Below, one piece after another: positions 40,484 through 54,679 of a stretch of DNA of 64,000 nt. Under the pieces are notes generated by a model that worked only from the letters and a program-made list of their open reading frames with translations, was not told the origin of the DNA and ran no database searches. Location of the stretch: assembly GCA_964016885.1 (NCBI GenBank), contig OZ024741.1, positions 228,842,001-228,906,000 on the forward strand, written 5' to 3'. This stretch comes from Eledone cirrhosa (Eukaryota). Within the stretch, counting starts at the first letter, position 1; each line of letters opens with the position of its first letter. The position numbers and the translations under genes were made by a program.

Positions 40484-41302
40484 TCACAAGAGGAGTGATG
40501 TCGATAGACTCTACTTAAGGAGATCTGAAGGTGGAAGAGGTCTTATCAGCATAGAGGACTGTGTTCAGATGGAGAAAAACAACCTACACAAATACGTGAC
40601 TGATAGTAGGGAGCCAATGCTCAGAATTGTACTGAAGGAGAGGACAATAGACCAAGGGATGTCCAAGAAGGAAATAACAACGAGAAAGAGCAGCCTTCAT
40701 GAAAAATCCCTTCACAGTACCTTCTTAGAGAAAACTGAATTCAGAGATCCACAGACATGGAACTTAAAAAGGCTACAGAAGGAATGCTAATGGCTGCGCA
40801 AGAGCAGGCCCTCAAAACGAAGTGGCTGAAACACCATATTTACAAGGAGGAGGCTAGCCCACTGCGCAGGATCTCTGGAGATACAGACGGACAAGAAACT
40901 GGAACACAATAGAGCTGACCTGGTCGTTTTGGACAAGGAAAAAAGATCGTGCCTGATTGTGGTGTGGCCTGCCCATTCGACACGAGAGTGCAAGAGAAGG
41001 AGAGGGAGAAAATTAACCGATACTAGGACTTAAAGTGGGAGTAAAAAATGATTTGGAACTGTCATGAAGTCAAAGTGGTCCCGATTGTCATAGGCGCACT
41101 AGCTACTATCTCAAAGAGTTTCCAGGGATGGTTAAAGAAAATTGGCCCCGCCCCGCTTTTTGGAACACTTCAAAAGGCATGCTTGCTGGGAACAGCAAGA
41201 ACCCTCCGATACGTCCTGAATATCTGAGGCTGTAGGTAGTGGCTTGATATTCATTAAAACAAACCTTCCAGTTTTACCAACATCAATGACTGAGATTCAA
41301 AG
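40484..41302 (+). mobile_element. Second, longer R4/Dong-like 3' fragment in (AAT)n
   Basis: RLYLRRSEGGRGL thumb motif and AAQEQALKT, then the same endonuclease region and 3' UTR as 40018-40445. Confidence 0.85.
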
Positions 41303-41308
41303 AACAAC

Positions 41309-41376
<68 letters not shown>

Positions 41377-41416
41377 CAATAACAACAACAACAACAACAA
41401 CAACAACAAAAATAAT

Positions 41417-41815
41417 AATGGCCTCTTTATTAACCACAATGGATGACATAAAGTATAACACTAAGCACAGCACAGGACGGTACAGGATGGTACATGACGG
41501 TACAAATGGACATTTCTGCGTATAATATATACATATATCAAAAACAAAGTATGTAACAAAAAATGAAACAAAGAAAAATTCCCCAATAGGTGGCGGCGGG
41601 ACTTCCGAAGGTCACACGTGGAGAAAGTCCATTACAAAAGCAACGGTGACTCTGACCACCAGGTCAAGTGAGCTCTCACAATTTTCCACCTCCAATCTAC
41701 AGATGCATACTCAGAGCAGGCCCATTTACTCGGGCCATGCTCGCCTCTCTGACCCATCTTTCTAAAAATTGCTGGCAAGGGACCACTTTCCTCTCCACCA
41801 TGATTTTACTTTTCA
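41417..41815 (-). mobile_element. Short L1/Tx1-like 3' fragment in (AAT)n
   Basis: 41715-41800 resembles the ORF2 end at 42125-42215 of the adjacent element. Confidence 0.6.
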
Positions 41816-41865
<50 letters not shown>

Positions 41866-42108
41866 TTTCATTTATTAGCCACAAGGGCCGACATGTAGGG
41901 GACAATACAAAGACAGTGCACAATGGCAAGACTAATTTAACAATGAAGATATACAAAATATAAAATAAACTATGCATAAATATAATAGAATAAATTCCGC
42001 TATAGGGGGTGGACGACCCAGGGGTGACTCAGGTACCCCACCAATCCTGAACCACCCTGCGCTTCTAGGGCACCCAGGGAGAGCATCCCTCTCCTCAAGT
42101 TAGCTAGC

Positions 42109-45100
42109 CTATATGTGCATGGTCAGAGTAGGCCCATTTACACGAGCCATTCTCGCCACATTCATCCACCATTTAGCAAATGTACTGGGGGGAAGCACTT
42201 CTCTATCCACCCTCACCTTCCTTTCCAGGTGAAACTTGAAGAAGTTGATGAGGGATTGGCCGAAGAGAAAAGTGTCTGTTCTCAGTCCTTTTAACCTGGT
42301 CCACCATATAACCTCTTTCGCAACGGCCACCAGACAGAGGAAAATTGCCTGCTCTTCCTGACCTAAGGAAGGCGGCGGGTCGATCTTCACTATGGACTCG
42401 GCCGATAGCCGGATTCGTTCCACACGTGACAGTAGCTGTTCGACATAACTCCACAAGTCAGTAATGCAAGGGCATTGGACGAGTGCGTACATAACGGTTT
42501 AGTCGCTCTTTGCGAATCTTGGGCAGGTCCGTCTGACAGCACTTCCATGCCTGTAGAGTTTATCCCGACTCGGCAGTACCCCCCCCCCAGTAGCACTGCC
42601 GAGCGAGAGATTTCTGGAAATTGTCAATCGTCCCCGGCTCGAAAATCCTCCGGTACAGACTGGTCAGTTCGACTTCGTCGAGGCCCAAAGCTGCTCCGAG
42701 TGCGTCATCGCACTTGCCCACCTGTATAGAACTCGAGAGTGGAACTTCCGCTGATCGCATTGCCTGCTTGGTGGAGGGCAGTGAGTGCCTGGCAACATTC
42801 CAGGTGTCAGTCATCCAGTCTCGGTCTCTTCTTGACTCAGGACTGCAGCTCAGTCAAAGAAACGAACTGCGGAAAGGCCCGTCTGATAAACGGCGACCAC
42901 ATCTGCTCACCGTTTAGGCAGAATATCTGGAGATATCGCAGCCTTAGCGCATGTCTGCGCATCATTAGCCACGGCATGCCCAGCCCTCTGCGTAGAGAGT
43001 GCTGGCAGCAGATGGATGGCCTCACCAACGGAACTTGTCCTTTCCACAAGAATTTGAAGAAGAGCAGTTCCAACCTCACGAGGCGCGGACGGGGGCAAAG
43101 CACGACGGTCAGGCAGTAGTAGATGACGGACGCGATGTACGCATTCGCCACCTACGCGCGACCTTTCAGTGATAGCTTCCTCCCAGCCTATTTTTGGGTA
43201 AGACTGGCTACTCTGCTCGTTAGCTCGTCCCAATTCTTTTCCACCTGGAGGTCTGGTCCGAACCAAACCCCGAGTAGCTTTACCGGTCCGCCCGTCCAGC
43301 GCCCCACTACGCTGTTGGACGGCATATGCTTGCCTCTCCAGGTTCCGAGCTGCAAACCCACTGACTTTTCCGGGTTAATTTTGGCTCCTGTCAACCTTTC
43401 ATATTCCTCCAATAAGGTGCTGACCACCTCGATTTCTGAGGTGTCCGACACCATCACGGTGTTGTCGTCCGCATAAGCCGACACCGCCTTTCCACGTCCC
43501 GGTTCGAGCGGGATGCCTTGCAACTGCTCCAACTTCCGCAGTAAAGGCTCGAGAGTCAGTACGTACAGAAGGAAAGATCGGGAGAGCCGAAATGGTTCCG
43601 AGAGGTAGCCATTAACCTTGACCACCGAGCGTGTGCCGCTGTGCATTGCAGCGATCCAGCTTCTGAAGACAGGACCGAAGCCAGCTGCTTTGAGGACAAA
43701 CTCCAGATACCGATGGTAGACCCTATCGAATGCATTCGATTGATCTAAATTGATCAGTCCCCCCCCCCCAAAGCCAGGTTTAAACCCTACCCTCTCTATG
43801 ATGTATCGCATGGGGTGGAGATTGTCGTGTATGGACCTGACTGGGATTTCGCAAGTTTGCGCCTCCCCAACAAAATCCTTGACGACAAGCGCCAATCTCT
43901 TTCCTAACACCTTGGCCAAAATCTTAAACTCTGTGTTGAGCAGAGTTATGGGCCTGAAGTTGTCTAATGTATCCCTCTTGTTCTCGTCTTTCCTTATCAG
44001 CGTCACTACTCCCCAGCTCACAGAACTGGGAATACTCCGATTCTGCTGCCAGTAGCAGTAGAATGTTTCGAGGAGATCGGAGAACAAGTCTGGCATATTT
44101 AAGTAAAGCTCGTAGGGCAGGCCATCCAAACCGGGTGACTTGCGCCTCATGCAGTCGACAAGGGCGTCCTGAATTTCGGCTGAAGTAATCGGCCTTTCGT
44201 AGCGCTCAGCGTCGACCGTCGAGATGCGCGGCAAGCCGTCAAGCTAGGGACTGAAATCCGCTACTCTCTCTGACTCACCACTCTCCCCGAACAACCGAGC
44301 AAAGTGCTGGCGAAACGCCTTACACATCCGCTTGGAATCGCTTATCTCGTGCCCGTCTCGGTCCGCCAAAGACCGAATCGTGGTTTTATTAAAACGCTGC
44401 GCCTCCGCCACGCGGGCCCATCGAACAGTTTTGGTTCCCTTGTTTCTCACCCACGCGCCTTAGCTCTGACAATGCAACCTTCGTGTTTCGCATTGAAGAA
44501 ATGGTCTAATGCCATTCTCGCCGCCAGCTCATCTAACTTATCTACCAGCTCCCCCTCCTTTCTAGTTTTCTCTAACGCTAGTTCTTTTCTGAAATCTATC
44601 GAAGTTACTCTAATCTCTCTTTTGAGAGCCCCCCACCATCTGTTGTTGATGATCCCCCCTGTCAACTTTTGCTTAACTAAATTGTTGACTCGGTCCCTGT
44701 AAGCCTTACGTGCCGGAAATGACATGTTCAGCTTTCAGTAACCCGGTCCCAACCTACGTATTTTATCTAGGTCGACTAAATAGATCACAAATTTGTGATC
44801 TGAATAGGCGACCGTTTTAAAAATTATGCAGCCTACACTATTTCTATCTATTTTCCTATTGAAGATCCTGTCTATATACGATCTAGATGACCCTATGCGG
44901 TTGGTCCATGTCCACACTGGCGCATTGGGGAAATCTATTTGATACCTGTCATACAGTTGGAACTGGCCGGTTAGGTGTTTGAGGCTTTTGCACCCCCCGC
45001 TCCTATCAGCGCTACTCCCACACAATCCCAGCGTGCGTCTAAGATGCCGTTCCAGTCACCGGCTAACAGTAGAGGGCGAGACGTACCCAGAAAAGTCTCC

Positions 45101-45454
45101 AGGCGCCTAAAGAAGTCTGGTCGTCCGGCCCCAGTAGAGGCGTAGACGGCCAGCAGTCTAAAGGTACCACCTTCGCTCACATCCAGGACCACCAACTTAC
45201 CGTCTGGGTTCCGTAAGATCGTCCTTACCTCTAGATCCAGACCTTTCCTATACAACACTGCCACCCCACGTCCCATTCCCGGCCTGCTAACAGATGCGAA
45301 GATCTGGTAGTCGTCGAAAATGGGGGCTAGTGCGCGCGTGTCGGAAATCCTGGTCCGCTGACGGCAATCACATCCATTTCCAGAGATCTGAGGTCGTTGA
45401 GCAGGGTGACCCCAGGCCGCGAACATTTAAACTTCCTACTCTTAATATGGCCAT
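42109..45454 (-). pseudogene. L1/Tx1 ORF2 (AP endonuclease + reverse transcriptase), frameshifted
   Basis: MAILRVGSLNVRGL, LAGDWN, SYIDRIF..SDH, KSPGLDGLPYE, NFRPITLLNTEFKILAKV, AYADD, FLWKG, GLGMP. Confidence 0.9.
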
Positions 45455-45489
45455 GTTTGCAAGCTAAAAAAGAGAGGGAAGGTTTACTT

Positions 45490-47470
45490 TCCTCCCGGGG
45501 TCTTGTGAAGGTCGGGTGGTTCGACCTACATGGTTGGTGGGGTTTCTTTTGGGAACCCCTTTAAAAGCCTTGATGTGGGTTTCATGTTCGGCTTTCCACG
45601 TCTTGAGGAAAGCTCTCTCGAATTTCTTTGTAGTAATTGAGCGACATTCGCACGAGAAGCAAATCTGGCACGCAAAATGTGTTTAATTCAAAGATATCCC
45701 ACTCTGTTTGGATGTCCTCGCTTCGTGCTAACAGGGCCATCAATTTATCGTTGGCCCTTCTGACAAGTACGAAGTTTTTAATGTTTTGTTAGTGTGGTTT
45801 TATTTGTTTTCGTTTTGGTGACTGTGGTGGTGATGGTTTTGGTGGTGTTGTTTCGGGTATATCTCTGTTTGTTGTAGGTGTGGTGTCTGCAATTTCAGGT
45901 GTCTGTGTGTTTATTTGTTCTTGTGTTTGTTTAGGTTGTTTGCGTTTCGAGGATTGTGGGGGTGGTGTTAATGTTGATGTTGGTGTTGATGTTATCGGGG
46001 AAGTGTTTGCGTTAGTGGTGTCTGTATTTGTTGTTGTGTATACTTTTGTGTTTTATTGGGGCTTTTGTTTTTTTTGTGGTGAGTTTTCTCTTGTTTTTTG
46101 GCACTTTTGGGTTTTCCTTCATTTTCACTGCTGGAAGACAAAGGGTCTGTGGCTGTGAGTGTATCTGTGTCTGTGTGTGAATTAATTGTTTTGTCTATGT
46201 GTATAATTGGAGGGGTAGGGGAGTGGAAGAGCTTTCCTCGTTTTCCCCTTGGATTGGTTTCGGTGCTGGTGGTGGTACGACTGCTTTTGATGTTGGTGAG
46301 GTTACCCGTGTCATTGTTGGTGTTGTTTTTGGTGGTGGTGGTGCAGATTTCCGTGCTGACACTGGCGTTGGCAACAAAGGAGGTTTGCGACCTCCTGCAT
46401 TTTTGAGCTGAGGGAAGAAGGTTTGCAGATGCGTTGCTTCCCCGCAGACGAAGCAGTGCGGCCTTCTTCCTCGGTGATTAATTGGATTGTTGCCCCGTCC
46501 TGCAGGCGGGCAAAATCTGGTATGTTGTTGATGTCCTCTGGTTTCATTTGGAGAAGAATCTCCAAATCCATTCAGAACCAGTCTTCTCTCTCTGTCCTTT
46601 TGATATCCAGGAGGGTAGTGTCTGTCCTCTCCTCGATTACGCATCCCAGGAGCCACCATATGTTTATATCTGGTGGTATCCTGGGAATGCGGACCTTTAC
46701 TGTCCTTTTGCCCGTGTTGGACGGGTGCATGATAATGCATTCCATTCTGCAGGGGGTCACCGAGTGCTTAATAGCAAGGGCCTCGGTTTTGAACAGTACC
46801 TAGATGGTACCGAACTGCTTGGCCCTTGCTTTGTACTCGATGTCACTTCCGATGCACTTTAAAGCAGCCTCGACCTCTGCTTGGCTGGCGAGTTCCACTT
46901 TGCGTGTCTGTACTGAAATGCATCGAATCTATACTGTCCTTCTTTGCATGGCCGCTATTGCCTCGTCCGGGATGGTCAGGTTTGCCTAGGACTTCTCCCG
47001 TTTAATTAACCTCCACGCCTGGGCCAACTGTTATTCCTTATCGCTAATATCAACATTGAATAAGCGCTTTGTTTTCGCTGCTGCCGCTACAAAGGTGGTG
47101 CCACTGTTGCTCTTGTTGTTGGTGGTGTCGTTCTTGCTGTTGTTCTTGGTGTTGTTGTTGTTTTGTTTGTTGTTGCTGTTTCCACCGCCATCAGTATTTA
47201 CATTGAGGCTGTTGGTGTTATTGTCGTTGTTGTTCTGAGTGTTGTTGTTGTGGTGGTGGTGGTGGTGATGGTGAAGTCGTTTTGAGATGGTACTGCTACT
47301 ATCACAGGATGGAGCGTTTGTGATGGTAACTTTTGTGTTTTGCCTTCACATTCAGTGGAATGAACGACAGACATGTCTGTAGTAGTCGTAGTTGTGGTGA
47401 AATCTACAGTGGCTGTTTTTGAACTTTTGACCTGAACGTTGTTTACCGTTTCAAGTTCGAAAATTTCCAT
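45490..47470 (-). pseudogene. L1/Tx1 ORF1, frameshifted
   Basis: Position upstream of ORF2. VKVRIPRIPP RRM-like part and GRRPHCFVCGEATHLQ zinc-knuckle-like motif. Confidence 0.7.
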
Positions 47471-47703
47471 TTTTTTGTGGGGAAGCGATTTTTTTCGAAG
47501 TTTTTAAAAATAAATCTGAATATTCGGGTTAAAGCCCGAATATTGAGAGGTCTCCCCATCCTTGGAACCAAGGTGGGTACCTTATGCTTCGTTAACGACA
47601 AGAAAATACAAAAAATGATACTTTAAAACAGCTTAAAGTCACGAACCTTTTCCTCCGCAGACTTGTACGTCTTCATACATGTGCGTCCAATAATAATAAT
47701 AAT

Positions 47704-47885
47704 AATTGTTTCTACTTTTGGCACAAGGCCAGAAGTAACCCAGTGCATTACTGGTACTTTATTTTATCGACCCCCTAAGGATGAAAGGCAAAGTCAACCT
47801 CGGCGGGATTTGAACTCAGATCGTAAAGGGACGTAACTATGCTGGAAAGCATGGCGTCCGACCATCTGCCGATACTGCCAATCCA
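47704..47885 (-). mobile_element. OK-like SINE
   Basis: Family match. Confidence 0.9.
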
Positions 47886-49237
47886 CTGGATCAGATGACT
47901 ATATATCATAATTGATCTGGTTCAGTTGAAAATAATTAACATATTTAAAAAACCGAGTGGCTCATCGGAACTTCAAAGGAATATAAATTAAAATAATGAG
48001 AGAATGTTACATAATATAACGTTCCATATATTGGTTTTTCACTATGGTGTCTTGGTTGCATCAGTTGTCAGCCATAATCAAGCTGTATTCATCTGTCGAG
48101 GCTGCATTATGTGAGATCTGCCTATGGGTAACAAGATGGCTGCCAAAGGTCATATTTACCTTATAATCAGAGGGTGGTTTCAGGGGAAGTAACTCCTTGA
48201 GAGATTAGAAATTGTGGGTAGTTTATAGTTAAGTGCTAATTTTTAAATTTTTTAATTGAGAGACAATGTAGTAACCATCATAAACTAAGACAGTATAACT
48301 CTCACACCGCGGTACCACCACCCCTATCAAATACAGGACGCCACTACACCAATAATTACTCTAGTAGCACACCTTCCCCATCTAATCCTTCTAGCACCGA
48401 CCTACCGCTTAGGTTAAACTACCCTACTCTCACTAACCGCAGAAGCAACTGCCGTTACCCTAATGCATGCCCATTAAATGGACACTGCCTGACACCCAAC
48501 ATAGTCTATAGGTGCACGGTTAAAACTGCTTCGAATACCAGCTCTTATATTGGGTCTACCTCTAACCCTTTTAAGGTACGCTATAACGCGCACTCTTTTT
48601 CCTTCCGAGACCCTAGCAACAGATGTTTGACATCGCTAGCTAGGCTCATTAAAAACCTTAAATTAAGCAACGTTCAACACTCACTAAAATGGGATATCGT
48701 GGCTAGGGCCCAACCATTCAATGGACGAAGAAAATCTTGGGATCTCTGTATTACAGAACCATATTACATAACTTTATCACGACCTCTACCGATTAACGAT
48801 AGAACGGAGGTAACTATTAGCTGTCAACATCGAAGGGCTAATTCCTTCGCCAATAGAATATTTGACCCAACTTAGTCATCAAGCCCCATTTTTACTTGTA
48901 GCTAATAGGTTAAATAGCTATGACTAACTTAGATAATTATAAGTTACCTCCCCTACATTGTCTCTCAATTAAAAAAATTAAAAATTAGCACTTAACTATA
49001 AACTACCCACAATTTCTAATCTCTCGAGGAGTTACTTCCCCTGAAACCACCCTCTAATTAGTAAGGTAAATATGTCCTTTGGCAGCCATCTTGTTACCCA
49101 TAGGCAGATCTCACACAATGCAGCCTCGACAGATGAATACTGTTGATTATGGCTGACAACTGATGCGACCAAGACACCATAGTGAAAAACCAATATATGG
49201 AACATTATATTATGTAACATTCTCTCATTATTTTAAT

Positions 49238-49409
49238 GATTGGCAGTATGGGTAGAGGGTTTTTGACGCATAGAGTTACGGCCCTTTCCATTCTGAGTTC
49301 AAATCCCGCCGAGGTCAACTTTGCCTTTCATCCTTACGGGGTCGATAAAATGAAGTACCAGTAATGTACTGAGTAATTGCTGGCCTTGTGCCAAAAGTAG
49401 AAACAATTA
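49238..49409 (+). mobile_element. OK-like SINE inserted in one PLE arm, TSD attattttaat
   Basis: Absent from the opposite arm. TSD at 49227-49237 and 49406-49416. Confidence 0.9.
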
Positions 49410-49431
49410 TTTTAATTTATATTCCTTTGAA

Positions 49432-49550
49432 ATTCCGATGAGCCGTCTGTTTTTTAAATATGTTAATTATTTTCAACTGAACCAGATCAATTATGATATA
49501 TAGTCATCTGAACCAGAAATATTATATGGAGTAGCGAAACAATTGTAAAC
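49432..49550 (+). ncRNA. Variant hammerhead motif (CCGAUGA core, ~95-nt stem II domain)
   Basis: Using the better-preserved left-arm 5' strand: gtt-CCGATGA-gccactc...gagtagc-GAAA-caattg-TA-aac. Confidence 0.55.
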
Positions 49551-49712
49551 GGACATTATTATTATTATTCTCTACATTCCTTACATCAAACTAAAATATG
49601 TTGACAATCTTTTAATAATGTCTTCCTTGTGAAATTTGTGGTCTTGTTTTGCTTAACTAATGAATAATATATATATATATATATATATTATTCATTATAT
49701 ATATCTTATATG

Positions 49713-49790
<78 letters not shown>

Positions 49791-49794
<4 letters not shown>

Positions 49795-49978
49795 GTTTCT
49801 ACTTTTGGCACAAGGCCATAAATTACCAGTGCATTACTGGTACTTTATTTTATCGACCCCGTAAGGATGAAAGGTAAAGTTAACCTCGGCGGGATTTGAA
49901 CTCAGATCATAAAGGGAGGTAACTCTATGCTACAAAGCATGGTGTCCGACCCTCTACCAATACTGCAAATCCACCGCC
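49791..49978 (-). mobile_element. OK-like SINE
   Basis: Family match. Confidence 0.9.
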
Positions 49979-50106
<128 letters not shown>

Positions 50107-50124
50107 ATATAAGATATATATATA

Positions 50125-51380
50125 TTTATTAAAAGAACAGATTAAAGTTTAAACAAAGAATCGGTGCTTTCACCCTTAACGGGATCTTCTGAAACTAAAA
50201 ATTCCAATCTGTGAACGCAGAAGTGAATATTTCAAAAAACGTTGCAACCGAAGGAAAACAGGAATACGTTACTTTGGTTCGTGGAAACATTTCCTGGCAA
50301 AGAAGGGAAAAAAACGAAGATAACACGTCATTATTTGGGGCGGTGAAAACAATTACACGCAAAGACATGTGCATTTGGTTATGTGTATACGTGAGTTTTG
50401 CGTCTGTGTGAGTATGCGGGTTCGTACGTATGTAGGGTGTGTGTATATGTGTACTTTGTGTTTTGGTTGACGTACGTCCGCGAACATATGTGTTTTTACA
50501 TGTAGATATGTTTGTGCGCGCGTTATATACGTATTTATGTGTGTATATTTATATACGTTTATTTAACACATATATATATATATTTATTACACACATATAT
50601 ATATATTTATTACACACATATATATATATTGTTATATATATTTGTATGTGTATTTGGTGTATACGTTCGTATGTGTGCGGGTACAGGCGTTGCGTGGGTT
50701 CTGTATATGCGTGCGTTCTTTTGTGGACGTGCTTGTATTTGCATACCCATGGCGAGTGTTTTCGCGTATGCCTGTGTATCTACGTATATGGCTGCGTGTA
50801 TGCATATATTTAATTTCCAATTACCTCTCTATTTTATTTACTTTATTCTTTACTCTCAAGCCGAGAATCATTCGGTTTCCTGAATAGAATTTTAGTCTAC
50901 GACTTCAGTTATACCATTTATGTTGTTTTGTCTTTGCGTGTAATTGTTCTCACGCACCACATAAAGACGTATTATCTTCTTTTTTTTTCGTTCATTGCCA
51001 GAGAACGTCTCCACGAACCACCTAATAGAATATTAGTCTACGACTTCATTTATACCATAAACGTGGTCTTGTCTTTGCGTTTAATTGTTTTCACCGCACC
51101 AAATAATGACGTATTATCTTCGTTTTTTTTTCGTTCATTGCCAGGGAATGTTTCCACGAACCAAAGTATTGTCTTCCTGTTTTCCTTCGGTTGTAATATT
51201 TTTTGAAATATTTACTTCTGCGATTTCAGAAGATCCCGTTAAGTGTGAAAGCAGCGATTCTTTGCTTAAACTTTAATCTGTTATTTTAATAAATATTTGC
51301 TCTACGGTTCTTATATATCTGATATATATTTATCCTTATCGAGCCCTCTTTGGATTTTAGTCTTCAAATTTATTATTATT
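50125..51380. mobile_element. Inverted pair of Helitron-associated modules with an internal tandem duplication
   Basis: 50125-50375 is inverted at 51070-51294. 50884-51023 is repeated at 51024-51160. Confidence 0.65.
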
Positions 51381-51430
51381 ACTATATATATATATATATA
51401 GGTGTGTGTGTGTGTGTGTGTGAGTATGTC

Positions 51431-51462
<32 letters not shown>

Positions 51463-51469
51463 AATGTGT

Positions 51470-51518
<49 letters not shown>

Positions 51519-51799
51519 TGTGTGTGTGTGTGAGTGTGTGTGTGTGTGTGTGTGCGCGTGTGTGTTTGGCTATGGGCGTATGTGCAAATCTGAAAATAAG
51601 GGGAAATAGAGAAAATGAGAATGAAATCGGGAGTACAGGAATGACTGTGTTTTGTAGATAATTTTCTGAAGTGTTCCACACGCAGCTCTTAGACAAGACA
51701 CTTAACTCTAAATAGATCCATGGAGTACCATTGGAGCCATACTTAACATGACGTCCACTTGCTAGAGACATTCATGCGAGAACAGATTCAGGGATACTC

Positions 51800-51854
<55 letters not shown>

Positions 51855-52078
51855 CTCTTTTTCTCTCTCACTATCTCTCTTTCTCTCTCTCTATTTCTCT
51901 CTTTCTCTCTTCTCTTTATACAAGTATATGCATGTGTGTATGTGTAAGTACGATTGTGTGTGCTTATATGTATGTGAGTCTTGTGATTATTAAACGAACA
52001 AGGATCTTGAAGAAAACTTTATAAAACAATTCACAGTTCCGATATCAATTGTCCGGTCATCTTTCTAGATTTATCTAC

Positions 52079-52215
<137 letters not shown>

Positions 52216-52589
52216 ACAGACATACATATATATGTGTTCAAATCGTAATGGGCCAACATCGCTAAGGTGAAAAAAATACTAACTACAGACAATAGGGTTT
52301 GCTGGACTCAATTTAAGAACAAATTAAGAAAAATAAATACAAACCAGTATTGTGGTAACTACCATCACCCAGACGGTCTTTGATATAACCGTTTCGCAAT
52401 ATTATTTGTGAAGAGAAATACCAAATTCCAGGCTCATCAGTGGGTGTTGGAATTAGTATACTCCTCACTTCTACTCCTAAATCAAATAGAAAACTGGAAA
52501 GTGTGTGTATATATAACGCACATGGTTTAACGCACATTACGATTTGAACATATATATATACATGTCTGTGTTCGTTTTTTCGAAATAAA

Positions 52590-54265
52590 TACAAACCAGT
52601 ATTTTTCCTAGAGCTAATTTACTGTAATGAGCCTATTTTGAGTTTCTAACTCAATGCAAGCTTTTGATATATTCGGCTCCGTTAATTCGTAGAGCTATTT
52701 CAAATGTCATGTAGACCCGGCTGTTATTTTTAGTGGCGTAAGTCTACGAGACACGCTAAGTTCGAGAACCATGTGCGTTATATATACAGACACTACATAG
52801 GGCCTACATGCGGTTAACCGTATGTAGGCCCTATGGGACGTGGGTGTTACAACCTTACATTTGTAGACAATGTTACTAGAGAGGCATTTCCCGGACAGGG
52901 GGCAGTCAACCCGATTCCTACAATTACAGTTAGTACTAACTACAGGGTTGCACGTGTTCCTACGGCTAGGTAGTTTAGCTAAATTTGAAGCTGTGATGTT
53001 ATGTGCAAGGTTAAGAGTCGCAGAGAAAGACATTTTAATGGTATTTCTATTAAAAATTTTACTATATTTATGCTTCATAATAAGGGAGAGAAAGATCTTA
53101 GCTAATGCTGTGGTCATATTATAATGCGTCGGGATCTTTTTTTTCTAGGTCTATTCTCGTACTCAGTATATGCTACCTTATCGACAAATCCACTCCGAGC
53201 AAGAGCTTCATAGTAATAATTAGAATGGTCGTTGAAAATATGCTCGCTATTAGATACACGGGAAAGCCTCAAAGAAACGTTTCTTACCAGGTTCTTGGTT
53301 ATGCTGGCAGGATGGTTAGAATGCTTACTTATGTAATTAAGCGTATCATTCGGCTTTCTATACGGGTAGTGCAATCCATTCGATAAATTGAGGGTAACGT
53401 TGAGGTAATTAACGACTGAGAGGTTGGCCTCAACCTGTTTGGAGAAGTTGAAGCCTTTAAAGAAGGCTATGAGTTCTTTTCTGAACCTGTCGCAAGCACG
53501 TGGGCCGCACTCTGTCATGGTCAAAAGACCATCATCACGGTACAAACCGCCACCCACGTTGGGGAATTCTTCCTTGATAGAGAAAAGAAGGAAAAGGCCG
53601 ATAAGATCAGTAACCTCCACAGAATCGCTGGCGCCCATACTCACGTCGAATGGGGTACTATAAGATGTTTTAATCCAAATAGATTCGTCGAAATTAATCA
53701 CCGACTTACGGGCATTGAGGATGACATCAACTTCGAAATCCTTAACCACCGTGAGTGTTTTAGCGAAATTGATAGCTCTAAGGAGAGGTGGTAAAGTGAT
53801 GGAGCAGTAGTAATTATTGATGTCGAATTGGATAAAACGGCAACGTTCCTTGTTGCATATGCCGTTGAACCAATCAATAACCGGGAAAGAATTGTTCTAC
53901 AATGCAAGAGGGGTCAAACTTCTAATTTCAGGTATAATTCTATCTAGAATCCTTTTACTAAGTCTACCTAAATCGGACTTCGCAGGGTTAATAAGCCGAA
54001 TAGAGGGGTTGTTCGGAAAATTGGATTTGTGATCCTTCAGGGTAAAGTGGGGAGAAAAAGGGTCCAGAGGTTCAGACCGGTCCAGGATGTTGAGATCAGA
54101 GGTGATTTTAAACCCAGCATCGTTGATTTCATTAATGACGCACCGATTAGTTTTACGGTAATCCTTAGTTACAGCATTATGTATCAGTTGATGGTAAGTA
54201 CTGCGCTCCACTTGATATAGATTGCCAGTTTTGTCGGAATGGACGTGCACGGCATTAGAATCCGA
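52590..54265 (-). pseudogene. Naiad-type PLE reverse transcriptase + GIY-YIG remnant
   Basis: SDKTGNLY, FTLKDHKSNF..RLINPAKSDLG, FDVSMGASDS, GGLYRDDGL, YRKPN..SNHP, NCNCRNRVDCPLSGKCL..IVY. Confidence 0.9.
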
Positions 54266-54679
54266 CCAAACAGCACCAAATTTGCACCATAGATGTAACT
54301 TTTTCCAACTAAAAAAGTGACGGTATTTTTGTATACTGAATTTTGTTAAAAGATTAAAAACATTATTTATATATTCACTTCTTTAAAATTTCAAATGTCA
54401 ATACTTCCGGTTATACGTCATTCCTCACTTTTTCTTATGACGTCGCACAACATTCCCCTCTTTTTCTTTGCCTGTATGTCTGGCTGTCTGCATTAGATAA
54501 CGTTTTTCGAAATATTTACTTCGGCGTTCACAGACTGATTTTTTAGTTTCAGAAGTTCCCGTTAAGGCTGAAAGCAGTGATTCTTTGCTTACACTTTAAT
54601 CTGTTATTTTAATATATATATTCGTGTACAGATATTTTTGCATACACTAAAACAAAAACCTATTTAGTTCACGAAAACA

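Larger units (their letters stand above)
41863..47688 (-). mobile_element. Near-full-length L1/Tx1-clade LINE flanked by (AAT)n
   Basis: ORF1 plus ORF2 (APE, RT, C-terminal Cys/His region). 3' AATAAA then (ATT)n. Confidence 0.9.
47886..49555 (+). mobile_element. 5'-truncated Naiad-type PLE with an inverted 3'-end copy
   Basis: Arms 47886-48271 and 48953-49516 surround a GIY-YIG remnant (SNCRYPNACPLNGHCLTPNIVYRCTV..SYIGSTSNPFKVRYNAH..LC..E..CQHR). Confidence 0.9.
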
